Of a stretch of DNA of 64,000 nt, positions 49,400 through 61,182 are shown piece by piece (the first letter of the stretch is position 1; every line of letters begins with the position of its first letter). The stretch comes from Octopus bimaculoides (lineage: Eukaryota). The notes beneath the pieces are model-generated. The model saw only the letters and a list, made by a program, of their open reading frames with translations. It was not told the DNA's origin and did no database searches. Both the position numbers and the translations under genes were made by a program. Where the stretch lies: assembly GCF_001194135.2 (NCBI RefSeq), contig NC_068994.1, positions 28,770,028 through 28,834,027 of the forward strand, read 5' to 3'.

Positions 49400-52300
49400 C
49401 TTAAAAGACTGCAAAATTGAAAGACATTGTGAGAGACAGAAGTGGTAAGTCATTACAATTTTGTAAAGACTGTAACTGAGAAAAATATTTATTTGAAATT
49501 TTATGGAAAAAATTATGGACACAAAGAATGAAGTGGTGGAGACATGCATGGCACCAATATAGAATAAAGTATGCTACATCAGCCGTGGAACATGAAGCGC
49601 AACTGTTAAAGTGCAGTTTCAAATGACTGACATAGAAAAGGAAGTATCAACAAAGACACTAAAAACAACGAAATTATGCTGCTACCCACATAGAATGGTG
49701 CAGAATGGCGAAAGTCATGGTAGAAGATATACCAGTTGGTTATGAAGTGATGTGGGTAGCAGCGGCAGTCATATATGACGTTGAAGAAGTATCCATCCTG
49801 CAAATGAAGAGGAGGGATGCTGTGAACTGGCGAGGTCAGACGATTGAGATGGTAATTCAAGCGGCAAACCAAACTCTGAAAAATTTACCCAATAGAGTGT
49901 TTGTGGGGTAGGGGCTGACAATGTGAGTGGCTGTGAAGGGACGTAGGCCCAGATGCTTCAAGTGTGGAGAGAAGGGCCACGTCTGCTCCAAGTGTACCAA
50001 AAAGAAAAATAAGAATGAGGCCCCTCCCCCCAAAAAACATCAGCAGACAGACCAGAAAGTGCAGCAGAAGGGAAGAAGGAGAGAACAACGGAAGAAAAGA
50101 ACCAAACTACCAAGGAGATGGAGTTTACAACAGTGACTCATAAGCGTAAGAAGGCACGGACAGACGTTAGGTATGCAAAAATAAACAAGAAACTGTTTAC
50201 GGATATGAAGGCGAGGTATCCGGAAGACATAAGAGACATAACCGCCAAAGTGGCAGAGGGTAAACATATTATAAGCCCAACTGCCACACCCAGGAAAAGG
50301 ACGGGGAAATAGGCGAATTTGTACAGCCCCTCCCCAAACTGAAAATGTGAGTAATCTCTTTCCTTTTATTTTTCAAAAATGATTAAGTTAGGCTGCATAA
50401 ATGTGCATGGACTGGGGTTGAAATGGAAACAGGCTTGTTTTCTGGACAACCTCAAGACAAGTGATATAGATGTAGCAGTCTCAACTGTGTCCAAGATGAG
50501 TGGATCACAAGTGTTCTCTCCTCTTCTGAATGACTGAGAAAATTATTTCTCCTAGCTGACAAGGAGTGGGAGGTGTGGTGGTCTTATTCAGGAAGAACTT
50601 GAACCCAGAGGATAGGCTGGTCGTCCTGGATGTAACTCACGAAAGTAAACAGTTCTTCAGGCTGGTAGCTGTGTACGCTCCTAACAAGCATGGGCAGTCG
50701 GGTTTTTTCCAAGACCTGGAGCACTTTCTAGTGACATCTAAAATGGTAGTTCTGTTAGGAGATTTTAACACTATACTCAATACATGGGTAGATAGTGTTG
50801 GCTCGATTGATAGGAAAGGAAATCCTGGCCTCAAGGGTCTACTAGAGAGCTATAATCTAGTAAGCCGTTACAGACTGGATGAGCCGTTTGTTCCACAGTA
50901 GATGTGGAGTAATAACGATGGCTCTCACAGATCTTACATAGATAGGATATTCATTAGAGGTAGAGATAAGACTACTTTTAGTTGTCCATAATTTGATATA
51001 GTACCTTATACGGATCACAAATTTGTGATGTGTGAGGTACACTTAGATAAATGTCATAGACAGGAATCCGGGTACTGGAAGATGAACAAGTCTATTTTGA
51101 CTTGTAAACCCTTCCATGCCCGGATTAAGGAGTTAATACAGAGGGCACTATATGGTGCCATCATTAATAATAGATGGTGGCATGCCCTCAAGAGAGCCAT
51201 TTGTTTAGAGTCTATTAGATTTAGCTATCAGCTAAGTTTATATAGATCTAGAATAGAGGGTGAATTAGTTAAGAACTTAGACGAGGCCTTGGAATCTGGC
51301 TCTGCATCTAGAGTGCTGGTGGTGAGAACGGTCTTGTACTGTCACCTCAACACCAAGCACGAAGGCTGCAGAGCTAGAGCTATGCTACATGCCGTGGGAC
51401 GAGAAGGTATTAATGATGCTGGTTGGGCACGTCGTGTGGAGAGTCAGAAGGGTAAAAAAGCCTCTATAAAGTCTTTAACAGATGAACAGGGGCGCAAGAT
51501 CTATGGACAGGATGAGATGCAAAAGACCTTTCATCAGCATTTCACACGGTTGTTCGGGCAGGATGGTGCACTAGAGTGTGGGGAGACCCTAAAGGGCTTC
51601 CTCGCCAGCGGGCCACGACTCTCGGCATGGAAGGCGAGGTGCTGTGAAGGGCTGATTACAGCTGCGGAGGTCAAAGAGGCGTTGGCCGAGTACACTGGGG
51701 GAAAGTCGCCGGGGCTGGATGGTCTACCCTATGAGTTTTATTGTAGCATGCCAGACTTGTTTGGGGACCTGCTGGCCAGCGTCTACACAAACTGGCAACA
51801 GGATGGGAGAATTCCCAGCTCTGTGAATCAGGGAGTGGTGACGCTGATCCAAAAGAACTCGAGCAAGGGGGATATTATAAGTAATTACAGGCCCGTAACT
51901 CTACTCAGTGTAGAGTTAGAGGTTTTGGCCAAGGTGTTAGCTAAAAGGTTGACACGTGTCATGGAGAAACTTGTAGGGAAGCCGTGCCATCCCAGGCAGG
52001 TCGATCCAGGACAATCTTCACCTTATCTGCTACACTTTAGACAGATTGGGTAAATTAACCGGCAAAGGTGAGGCATTGGTCCATTTAAACCAAAGTAAAG
52101 TGTTTAGTAGGGTAGACCATCAGTACCTGGTGGCAATCCTTGAAGCGGCTGGGCTGGGTCCTGACTTCTGTGGTTGGATCTTTGCCATGTATAGCAGCAT
52201 CAAATCCATAGTCCAAATAAATGGCTACCTGTCGAAGCCATTTCCGATCAAACATTCAGTTCATCAAGGGTGTCCCCTGCCTCTGCTTCTGTATGTGGTG

Positions 52301-52980
52301 TGTGTTGGCTCTTGAACCATTACTGCAGAAGTTGGAGAATTTTGTGGGGCACCCACCAATGAAATCAGTTGCAGTAAGTCTGTCTCTGCTTACGCGAATG
52401 ATGTCCAATGAGGCTCAGCTATCTTGTGTAGAGGAGGCTATCAGAGGATACAAGGTGGTGGCAGGAGCAAAAGTTAACAAGGACAAGTCCATCAGTTTGC
52501 ACCTCAGCACCTGGAGGAGCAAGTTGATATCGTACAGTGTCATGGGTCACTCGACAGATAGTTCTGTTAAGTTGCTTGGAGTTTGGTTTGGACCGGACTC
52601 CCAGACAGAGAAGAATTGGAGCAAGGTAGCAGACAGGGTGGAGGCCCTTGTCCGGAAGGTCACTGTCCCTGAAAGGAAGGGCGGAGGTGCTACAGAGGTT
52701 TATTGCATCTGTAATCACCTACCACCTGACCGTTGTCCCTTGCTCTGACACGTGGCTGAACAAGTTGGAGCAACTCCACTTCTGCATATTGTGAAAGGGA
52801 GGAAAGCCATTTGTGAGGTGCTCTGTTTGCTGCCAGGAACCACTAAAGGGTGGGTTAGGGATGCCCTGGTTGATGATGTGCAGACATGAGTTGAGGCTGA
52901 GGCACCTCTGGTGCTACCTGTAGGGTGATAAGGTGTGGAACCTGCTGGCAGAGGATCTCTTTCCGTGACCAGCCTCTTTG
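49400..52980 (+). mobile_element. Tx1/L1-like LINE: ORF1 with CCHC knuckle and ORF2 APE-RT, decayed and 3'-truncated
   Basis: ORF1 RPRCFKCGEKGHVCSKC. ORF2 starts MIKLGCINVHGL at 50379 and includes AVYAPN, LLGDFN, SYIDRIF, TDHK, GYWKMN, KSPGLDGLPYEFY, NYRPVTLL, QGCPL and a SAYANDV variant of YADD. Confidence 0.92.
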
Positions 52981-53289
52981 GAGCAATATTGTCACATTAA
53001 GTTAACATGACATCACTTTTATATATATATATATTATTTATATTATTTATATTATTATTTGATTTAATGCCATGCATCCATTTCCAAGTAAGTTTATCTT
53101 AATCTTTTCGATGCGACTCTACTCTATATTGTTTTCTCCCTCATCTTTTCCTCCCTTCGCCGTTTTCTATCTGTCTTTCTCTCTCTCTCTCCCTTTCTCT
53201 TTTTCTCCTTATCTTTTGCTCACACATGACCATCGTCCATCTTTTATTTCCTCACATGATCATCTTTCTTTTCCTTCAGGACTGTCCTA

Positions 53290-54017
53290 AGGACTGGACA
53301 TATTCATAGGAGCATCTTGGCCTGGCAGAACCCATCCTTTAGCCCATCCATCTGAACCATCTAATGTGATGCACGATTCATCAGTGAATATGACATTTCT
53401 GAAACCTGTTTTTGAGTACTTTCTTGCCCACCTTAGAAGTTTATCAATATTAGTTGGAAATATAGGAGGCTAGTGAGGAGATTTTTTCACAGAACCAATG
53501 TCGCAAAGGACTCTACACTTTTCATCTCTCTTTACTCCAAGAATCCCAGCCATACTAAATACCTTATCACTACTGAGTAGTGGGTTTTTAGCGACAATGC
53601 ATTTCAGCTGACGTTTATCTCTCAGGGACAAGTTCTTGAACCCCTTTCCAGACCTTGGTTTCCTGTTCTTTGTTATATCTTCAATTGTTTTCTTGATTGT
53701 TCGATGATCTCAACCAAGCTGCTTAGAAATGTTTAAAGAGGTCATGCCATCACTTAAAAGCTAAGTTATTTTCTGCTTTTCAGATACTGTAATATTTTTC
53801 TTTTTACCCATGAAATTATTGTAACCTGCAAAATAATAAAAACATATTATTAACACTGTAAAAATACAAATTCCAACATTTGTTTAGTAACTTCAGACAG
53901 CCATTTTCAGTAAATTCTCAATTACTCGTGAAAAACAGATCAGATGTATGTCAAATTTTAGCCACAATTAAGAAAGAGCATTTGTACCAACATCCTAAAA
54001 TTTTGACCTCCTATGTA
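53290..54017 (-). mobile_element. Tc1/mariner transposon 5' half, a different family
   Basis: Minus strand MGKKKNITVSEKQKI (ATG at 53811), DHRTIKK, NVIFTDESCITLDGSDGW; TIR-like tacataggaggtcaaaatttagg at about 54017. Confidence 0.8.
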
Positions 54018-54095
54018 CAAGTACATTCATTTTATTAAAAAAAAAACCCAATTTGCATAATATCTTCAGACAAGGTGTGTATATGTATATATATA

Positions 54096-54137
<42 letters not shown>

Positions 54138-54531
54138 TAACCCATGCTAGCATGGAAAGCGGACGTTAAACGATGATGATGATGATGATATATATATATA
54201 TATATATATAGACATATATATGGCTGACTTCCTTTCAAGTGTTGGGCCTCACAGAGGCAATAACCAAGGCCTTTGGCATTATGTCATACTTGAGAAGAAG
54301 ACCCATCAAGCCGAGCAAAATCTCAGTCATGGCAGATACCCATGTCATGCAAATGGCACCCATGCCAGTGGCATGTAATTATTGGATTACCTTAGGTTTC
54401 TCATCCATAGATTTAGCTGTATGGTGTATTGTCAGATCCTAAAGCCTGGCATCTGACGATATGTCATAAAACTAAACCTTTTATAGATGGGAAACCTAAG
54501 GTAATCCAATAAACTGGCCTTCTCCATTTTT

Positions 54532-55680
54532 CAGTTCTATATTTAAGAGATGAGGAATTATTTACATTATTTACATTATCTACATTTGACGGATATTCGT
54601 CCTCATCTTGTTTGTTGTTAACACAACGTTTCGGCTGATATACCCTCCAGCCTTCGTCAGGTGTCTTGGGGAAATTTCGAACCTGGGTTCTCATTCCTAT
54701 CGATGTTACTATTATTATTATTATAATATTATTATTATTATTATTAATCAGGTCGCTGCCGTGAATCGAACTCGGAACCTTGGGGTTAGTAGCCCGCGCT
54801 CTTAACCACTACGCCATATGCCCGTGGGCAATTATGGGGTGAATTTTAAGGCTTATAAATCTATTATTTTTCTATCCTTNNNNNNNNNNNNNNNNNNNNN
54901 NNNNNNNNNNNNNNNNNNNNNNNNNNNNNNNNNNNNNNNNNNNNNNNNNNNNNNNNNNNNNNNNNNNNNNNNNNNNNNNNNNNNNNNNNNNNNNNNNNNN
55001 NNNNNNNNNNNNNNNNNNNNNNNNNNNNNNNNNNNNNNNNNNNNNNNNNNNNNNNNNNNNNNNNNNNNNNNNNNNNNNNNNNNNNNNNNNNNNNNNNNNN
55101 NNNNNNNNNNNNNNNNNNNNNNNNNNNNNNNNNNNNNNNNNNNNNNNNNNNNNNNNNNNNNNNNNNNNNNNNNNNNNNNNNNNNNNNNNNNNNNNNNNNN
55201 NNNNNNNNNNNNNNNNNNNNNNNNNNNNNNNNNNNNNNNNNNNNNNNNNNNNNNNNNNNNNNNNNNNNNNNNNNNNNNNNNNNNNNNNNNNNNNNNNNNN
55301 NNNNNNNNNNNNNNNNNNNNNNNNNNNNNNNNNNNGTAGATAGTATGTTCTTGGGGTAGTTGTTTCTTAATAGATTGTTACTGAGCTTGATCATTTCCTC
55401 GTGGTGGGTATCACGATCGCTACTTATATTCTTTGCTCGGTGTTTTAGGCACTGAGCAATTCCTCTCTTTACACTGTATGGATTCACGGCAGCGACCTGA
55501 TTAATAATAATAATAATAATATTATAATAATAATAATAGTAACATCGATAGGAATGAGAACCCAGGTTCGAAATTTCCCCAAGACACCTGACGAAGGCTG
55601 GAGGGTATATCAGCCGAAACGTGTTAACAACAAACAAGATGAGGACGAATATCCGTCAAATGTAGATAATGTAAATAATG
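54532..55680 (-). mobile_element. 5'-truncated Penelope-like element with inverted partial pseudo-LTR and 12-bp TSD
   Basis: TSD ttctccattttt at 54520-54531 and 55681-55692. PLE thumb/linker motif PYSVKRGIAQCLKHRAKNISS...EEMIKLSNNLLRNNYP at 55336-55485; the ORF ends RIEK* at 54864 across the gap. About 54560-54767 is repeated in inverted form at about 55481-55680. Confidence 0.88.
54620..54665 (-). ncRNA. Minimal type I hammerhead ribozyme in the PLE pseudo-LTR
   Basis: GACAC CUGACGA A GGCUG(gagggtatat)CAGCC GAA ACGU U GUGUU: stem I GACAC/GUGUU, intact core, 5-bp stem II, palindromic ACGU stem III, GUU cleavage triplet. Activity is untested. Confidence 0.8.
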
Positions 55681-55711
55681 TTCTCCATTTTTGATATATA
55701 CTGCTTTACAA

Positions 55712-55935
55712 GGTGGCGAGCTGGCAGAAACGTTAGCACGCCAGGTGAAATGCTTAGTAGTATTTTGTCTGTCTTTACATTCTGAGTTCAAATTCTGCCA
55801 AGACTGACTTTGCCTTTCATCCTTTCAAGGTCAATAAATTAAGTACCAGTTGTGTACTAGGGTCGATCTAATCGACTGGGCCCACCCCCCACCCTAAAAA
55901 TTTCAGGCCTTGTACCTAGAGGAGAAAAGAATATA
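55712..55935 (+). mobile_element. tRNA-derived SINE family A, well-preserved copy
   Basis: ggtggcgagctggcagaaacgttagc (A-box region) and gagttcaaattc (B-box), with a body shared by several other copies in the window. Confidence 0.82.
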
Positions 55936-57267
55936 TACTGCTCTACAGCTTAGAGTATGCTTCTTCTTTCAGATTTATGTTTTTTATAAACTATAAATAT
56001 ATATATAACATACCTCTTTCAGTTTCCATCTACCAAATCCACTCACAAGGATTTAGTTGGCCCAAGGCTGTAGTAAAGGACACTTGCTCAAAGTGCCACA
56101 GAGTAGGACTGAACCCAAAACCATGTAGTTGGGAAGCAAGCATCTTACCACACAGTCACACTTGCACCTGTAAATCCAAAATAAATTTGACAAGCCAATG
56201 AGAGAGTCTCTGTACAGTATATCTGACCTGCTACAGAGAGCAGCCAAATCCCTTTTAAACTTCCAATACAATATTTTTAATGTATGCTTAAATTAGTTGG
56301 TAAATTATTTAAGATTTGGAAGAATTTAGCAAAATAACTAACTTTTTCATTATTAAGTTCATGTTTGGAACATAATGACATTACATAAAATTATGAAGAA
56401 AAATTTAACTTTAGATATAAACACTATAAAGAAAGAAAGTTTGAATGAATAAAAAGAAATCTAGGAAGTCTTGGGTGGATTGTAGGAAAAGCATATCCTA
56501 CTATCTTAAAAAAACAAAAACCAAAGACACATTGTATAGTGTAGTCCCAATATATACTGTTTGAAAAAAATAAAAGGCAGGATGGTCTGCATAGAACATA
56601 TTTGATCATAGGTCTTCATGAGTGCAGGTCTGCATTTAAACAACATTATAGATTTAAAGATATTTTTTAAATTACTAGAATTAACAAAAAAATCTTTTGT
56701 AATTTACAAAAATTTAAAAAAAGAAAATGAACAAATAGATGTCAGTCTTTGTCCCCCACACACACACATACACACTCTCTTGCGCGCTCTCTCTCTCTCT
56801 CTCTCACACGCACACACACACACTTTTTCCCTCTCTCCTCCTTCATCCAAATTAAATTCAGCAACTGCTCCTTAGGGAACTGCAACAATAACAACAACAG
56901 CAACACCAACACCAGGACAGTACAACAACAACAGGATAGTATCTTGTCCCAGCTGGTAAGAGAGATGAGGATCTGTTGGCTGTGTACTGGTGGTGGTGGT
57001 GGTGGTGGTGGAGTAAATGTACTGGGAGATGAAGGTGAAAAGTGTAGTAGGTCACCTTCAAGGAATTTGTCCTCCTCATCACATTTTACTCCTCACAACC
57101 GCAATTATTATCTTTACTTTTCATCCCTTCTACCAGAATAAAATAAGTACCAGTTAAATTCTAGGACCCCAATACAATCAACTATTCCCCCTACCCAACA
57201 CCCATTAATAATAATAATGATAATAATAACAACAACAACAACAACAACAACAACAATAATAATGATG

Positions 57268-57320
<53 letters not shown>

Positions 57321-57500
57321 TTCTACTATAGGCACAAGACCTGAAATTTTGGGGGAGGAATTTAAGTCAATTACATTGACCCCAATACTCTACTGATACT
57401 TAATTTATTGACACCCAAAGGATGAAAGCAAAGTTGATCTCAGCAGCATTTGAACTCAGAACATAAGGATAGATGAAACGCCACTAAGCATTTTGCCTGG

Positions 57501-58174
57501 AGATCTCTTCAGTTTCTCTCATAGAATTTTTTATTTTTGTTAACAAAACAGTTGGAAACTTCATATACTGGTGTAATTTCTCATGCTGAACACAGTTTAC
57601 TGCCAACATTTTTGACATTCCATATTTTAGAAGTTATTTCGTGTTAAAGTTGTCATATTTGGGTAATTTTAACCAATCAACGATGTGTATTCAGCTGAAG
57701 AAATCTACTGCTGTATGCGATAGTAATTGAACAGCGACAACTTTAAAGTCAACTCTACTAAATGTTACCACTCTGTTCTATTTTTTTTTTGTTTACTGCC
57801 TGTGTTGCATATTACACTTTTGTTTTTTTTTTGCTTTTCGATCGCTTCTTTGTACATTTACATTTACACTACTCATATAAAGAGGCAATCAGAAAGTAAA
57901 ACAAAAACACAAACAAAGCATGTAATATGCAACACTGGCAGTAAACAAAAATAAAATAGAACAAAGTGGTAACATTTAGTAGAGATGACCTGGAAGTTGT
58001 TCTTCGATTACTAATGCATACAGCATGAAATAACTTCTAAAATACGAAATTTTGTCAAAAATGTTGAAAGTAAACTGTATTCAGCATGAGAAATTACACC
58101 AGTATATGAAGTTTCAAATTGTTTAGTTAAAAAAAAAATAATTAAAAAATCTGTGAGCAAAACTGAAGAGATCT
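57501..58174. mobile_element. About 670-bp fold-back MITE, apparently inserted into a SINE A copy
   Basis: Terminal IR agatctcttcagttt / aaactgaagagatct. Outer (about 150 bp) and inner (57755-57815 vs 57920-57985) arms both pair. A related arm sequence lies at about 23085-23300. Confidence 0.82.
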
Positions 58175-58557
58175 TTATTGGATGCACTAACAATTCTGCC
58201 TGCAATTTCAGGGAAGGGGTAAGTCTATTTCATCGATACCCTGTACACAACTATACTTGACTCTGAAAGAATGAAAGGCAAAGTGGACCTTGATGGAATT
58301 TGAACTCTGAACATGCAGATGAATGAAATGTGGCTAAGCACTTTTCCTGATGTGCTAACAATTCTGCCAGCTCAGTTTTACCTTTTGGAACAAGGCCAGC
58401 AATTTTGGGGAGAGAGTACAAGTCAATTAGGTTGATTCCAATGCTCAACTGATATTTATTTTATCAAACTCGAAACGATGAGAACATTAAGAGCCAGGAA
58501 AAATGCCACTAAGCATTTTGTCTGACAATCTAACAATTCTGCCAGCTTACCACCTTC

Positions 58558-58606
<49 letters not shown>

Positions 58607-58814
58607 GTGATAATAATAATCTTTAAACCTTTAATCTTTAAACTGTTTCAGCTTTAAAGCTGTGGTCATGCTGGGGCACCAATAATTCTGGTACATGACC
58701 AATAATTTTGAGAAGAGGAAGTTGATTACATTGACTCCAATATTTGACTGGTACATTATTCCAGCCTTATAATGATGATGATGATGATGATGATAATAAT
58801 AATAATAATGCTAT

Positions 58815-60040
58815 TATGAAGGAAAAAATAAGAAACGAATACTACAGAATAAGACTCATACTAAAAACTAAACTCAACTCTAAAAATCGCATCCAGTAGT
58901 CCAATATAGTTTTAACATCATTAACTGGAATCTTACAGAGCTCCAACACCTGGACAGGAAGACAAGAAAAATACTAACTTCTGAGAACATGCACCACCCA
59001 AAAGCAGATGCTGATCGTCTCTACTTACCTAGAAGTAATGGGGGAAGAGGAATGATACAGGTAGAACTGTACTATAAGACCACCTCAATAACAATGAACA
59101 GGTACTTATCTAGCACAGAGGACTGGACACTGCAACTTGTGTGCAAACATGAAAGCAGCAAAAAATCACATTTGATTGGCAAGGAAGCTTGCAAATTCAC
59201 AAGGGAACTTGGCATTAACCCTAAAATTAACCCTGAAACCACTGCCACAAAACAAGCAAAATGGATCAAGCAAACTGTAAAAAAGAACAGGCAGAAACAA
59301 ATTGAGGAGCAATGGAGCCAGAAACCTCTGCATGGACGGTATATACTTCGAAGTTGAAATGCTGATGTAGATCAAGCAATAGCCCATCAGTGGCTGAGAA
59401 GTTCAGGACTGAAATCAGAGACTGAAGGTTTCATATTGGCAGCACAAGATCAAAGCTTGCTCACAAAAAACTACCAGGCTAACGTTCTTCAAAACAGTTC
59501 TGACCCTAAATGCAGATTCTATAACACATTTGATGAAACAATAGACCATCTCATCTCAGGATGTCCTGTGCTGACACCAAACGAATATAAAAATCGCCAC
59601 CATAGGGTAGGACAGTATTTACATTGGAAAATATGTAAACACTACAAATGAGCCAGTTGTTGAAGGTAAAAATGTCATTATCCTCTGGGATTTTGCAGTC
59701 AACACTGACAGAACAATTTAGGCTAATTAACCAGACATAATTATTAAAGACAAGGAAGAAAATACTTGTACACTAATAGATATAAGTGTTCCTACTGATA
59801 AAAATATATCTGTCAAGGAATTTGACAAATAAAGTAAATATAAGGACCTGGAAATTGAAATACAAAAGATGTAGTATCTTAAAACGAGAACTGTTCCTGT
59901 TATTGTAGGTGCCCGAGGTATGATAAAAAAAGGGATGACAGAAGCATCTAGATAAGATCCTAGGAGTACCATGTCTCAGAGAATCCAAAAGATTGTGCTG
60001 ACAAGTACTATCCACATCCTTAGAAAAACCTAATCCATTT
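58815..60040 (+). mobile_element. R4/Dong-clade LINE 3' fragment with restriction-like endonuclease
   Basis: ADRLYLPRSNGGRG, KPLHGRY, GLKSETEGFILAAQDQ, KCRF..ETIDHLISGCP..YKNRH, PDII..LIDISVP..KYKDL; preceded by (GAT)/(AAT)n. Confidence 0.9.
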
Positions 60041-60049
60041 AAATGTCTG

Positions 60050-61182
60050 TGTTGTGTTATATCCCATGAACTGTTTGCCAGGTATGGTATTCCTGATATC
60101 ATTGTGTCTGATAATGAAACTCAATTTACTTCAGATGAGTTCAGAAAATTTTGTAAAATGTTTGTTATTGAATATGTGACCACCCCACCGTATCATCCTA
60201 GGTCAAATGGACAAGTGAGGAGTTTTGTAGACACTTTTAAGAGGGTGCTAAAAAAGGTGAACCATGAAGTAATGGACAACCTTGTACTTCAACAATTTCT
60301 AAGAGTATACTGAGTAACACAATATGAATACCCTGTCTAAAATGTTACCCGCAGAATTGATGTTTGCTAGAAAGGTTAGATTCATCTTTGATAAGCTGAG
60401 TGAAAATAGAAAAAAAGCAAATAACACATATACTTCAAAATTCTTCAAGTTAGGTGACAAAGTTTCTTTTAAAACTTTTAGATATGGTAAAGAAAGCTGT
60501 GAGGATGGTGTAATTATTAAACAAATTGGTAAAATGTTATTCCTGGTAAAAGGAAAAAATGTCGAACATAAAGACATATTAACCAACTTAAAAGTGATGC
60601 ATGGAAAAAACAGTCATGAGAAATGAAATCCACATGGAAGTAGTTTACGGCATTTGAGGTACCAACACCCAGACAATTTGAAACTACATTTTTCTAGCAC
60701 CAGAAAACGGAAAAGAACAAAACACTGGAATTGTACCCTAAGCGTAAGAGATATCAAAACTCTGAGCAGAGTTTAATTCACAAAAGGGGAGATGTGAAAG
60801 GATTCTGACCGTTCCCAAGTGACTAAAAGTGAACCGATACATTGCAATGAAATAAAGAACTGTCAGCAATTGAGGATGTGCAACTGGATAAGCAGGTCAC
60901 TTATGAGTCATTGGCAGAGAGTGTTTAACCTTGTGCAACAGTAATAGTAGTGCATCGTCTGAATACTGTCTTTCCCTCTGCTTTGTTATATTATTTATCG
61001 AACATCAGGATATAAAATTAACTATGTTCAATCTTTAGACTCTGGCCATGTATATGTACTCCAAACTATGGAATGGTAAAACGCCAAAGTGAACCTAAGG
61101 GATTGAACTGACTGCCGGTGTTTTGTATGATGTAATACACAAATAATAAATAAAATGCTGTGCTAGTGAAACATATGTAACA
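60050..61182 (+). mobile_element. Gypsy-like LTR retrotransposon 3' end: integrase fragment, PPT and 3' LTR
   Basis: LFARYGIPDIIVSDNETQFTS...PPYHPRSNGQ (rve integrase); polypurine tract aaaaggggaga at 60782-60792; LTR TG(60793)...CA(61182) with AATAAA near 61146. Confidence 0.85.

Noticed and set aside
54750-54823. Possible tRNA gene
   Set aside because: A and B boxes and a T-arm are present, but the acceptor stem does not pair. It is treated as a tRNA-derived promoter, not a tRNA.
632-55339. Long ORFs in the track made of X or [20 protein letters not shown] runs
   Set aside because: They arise from N gaps and microsatellites, not from coding sequence.
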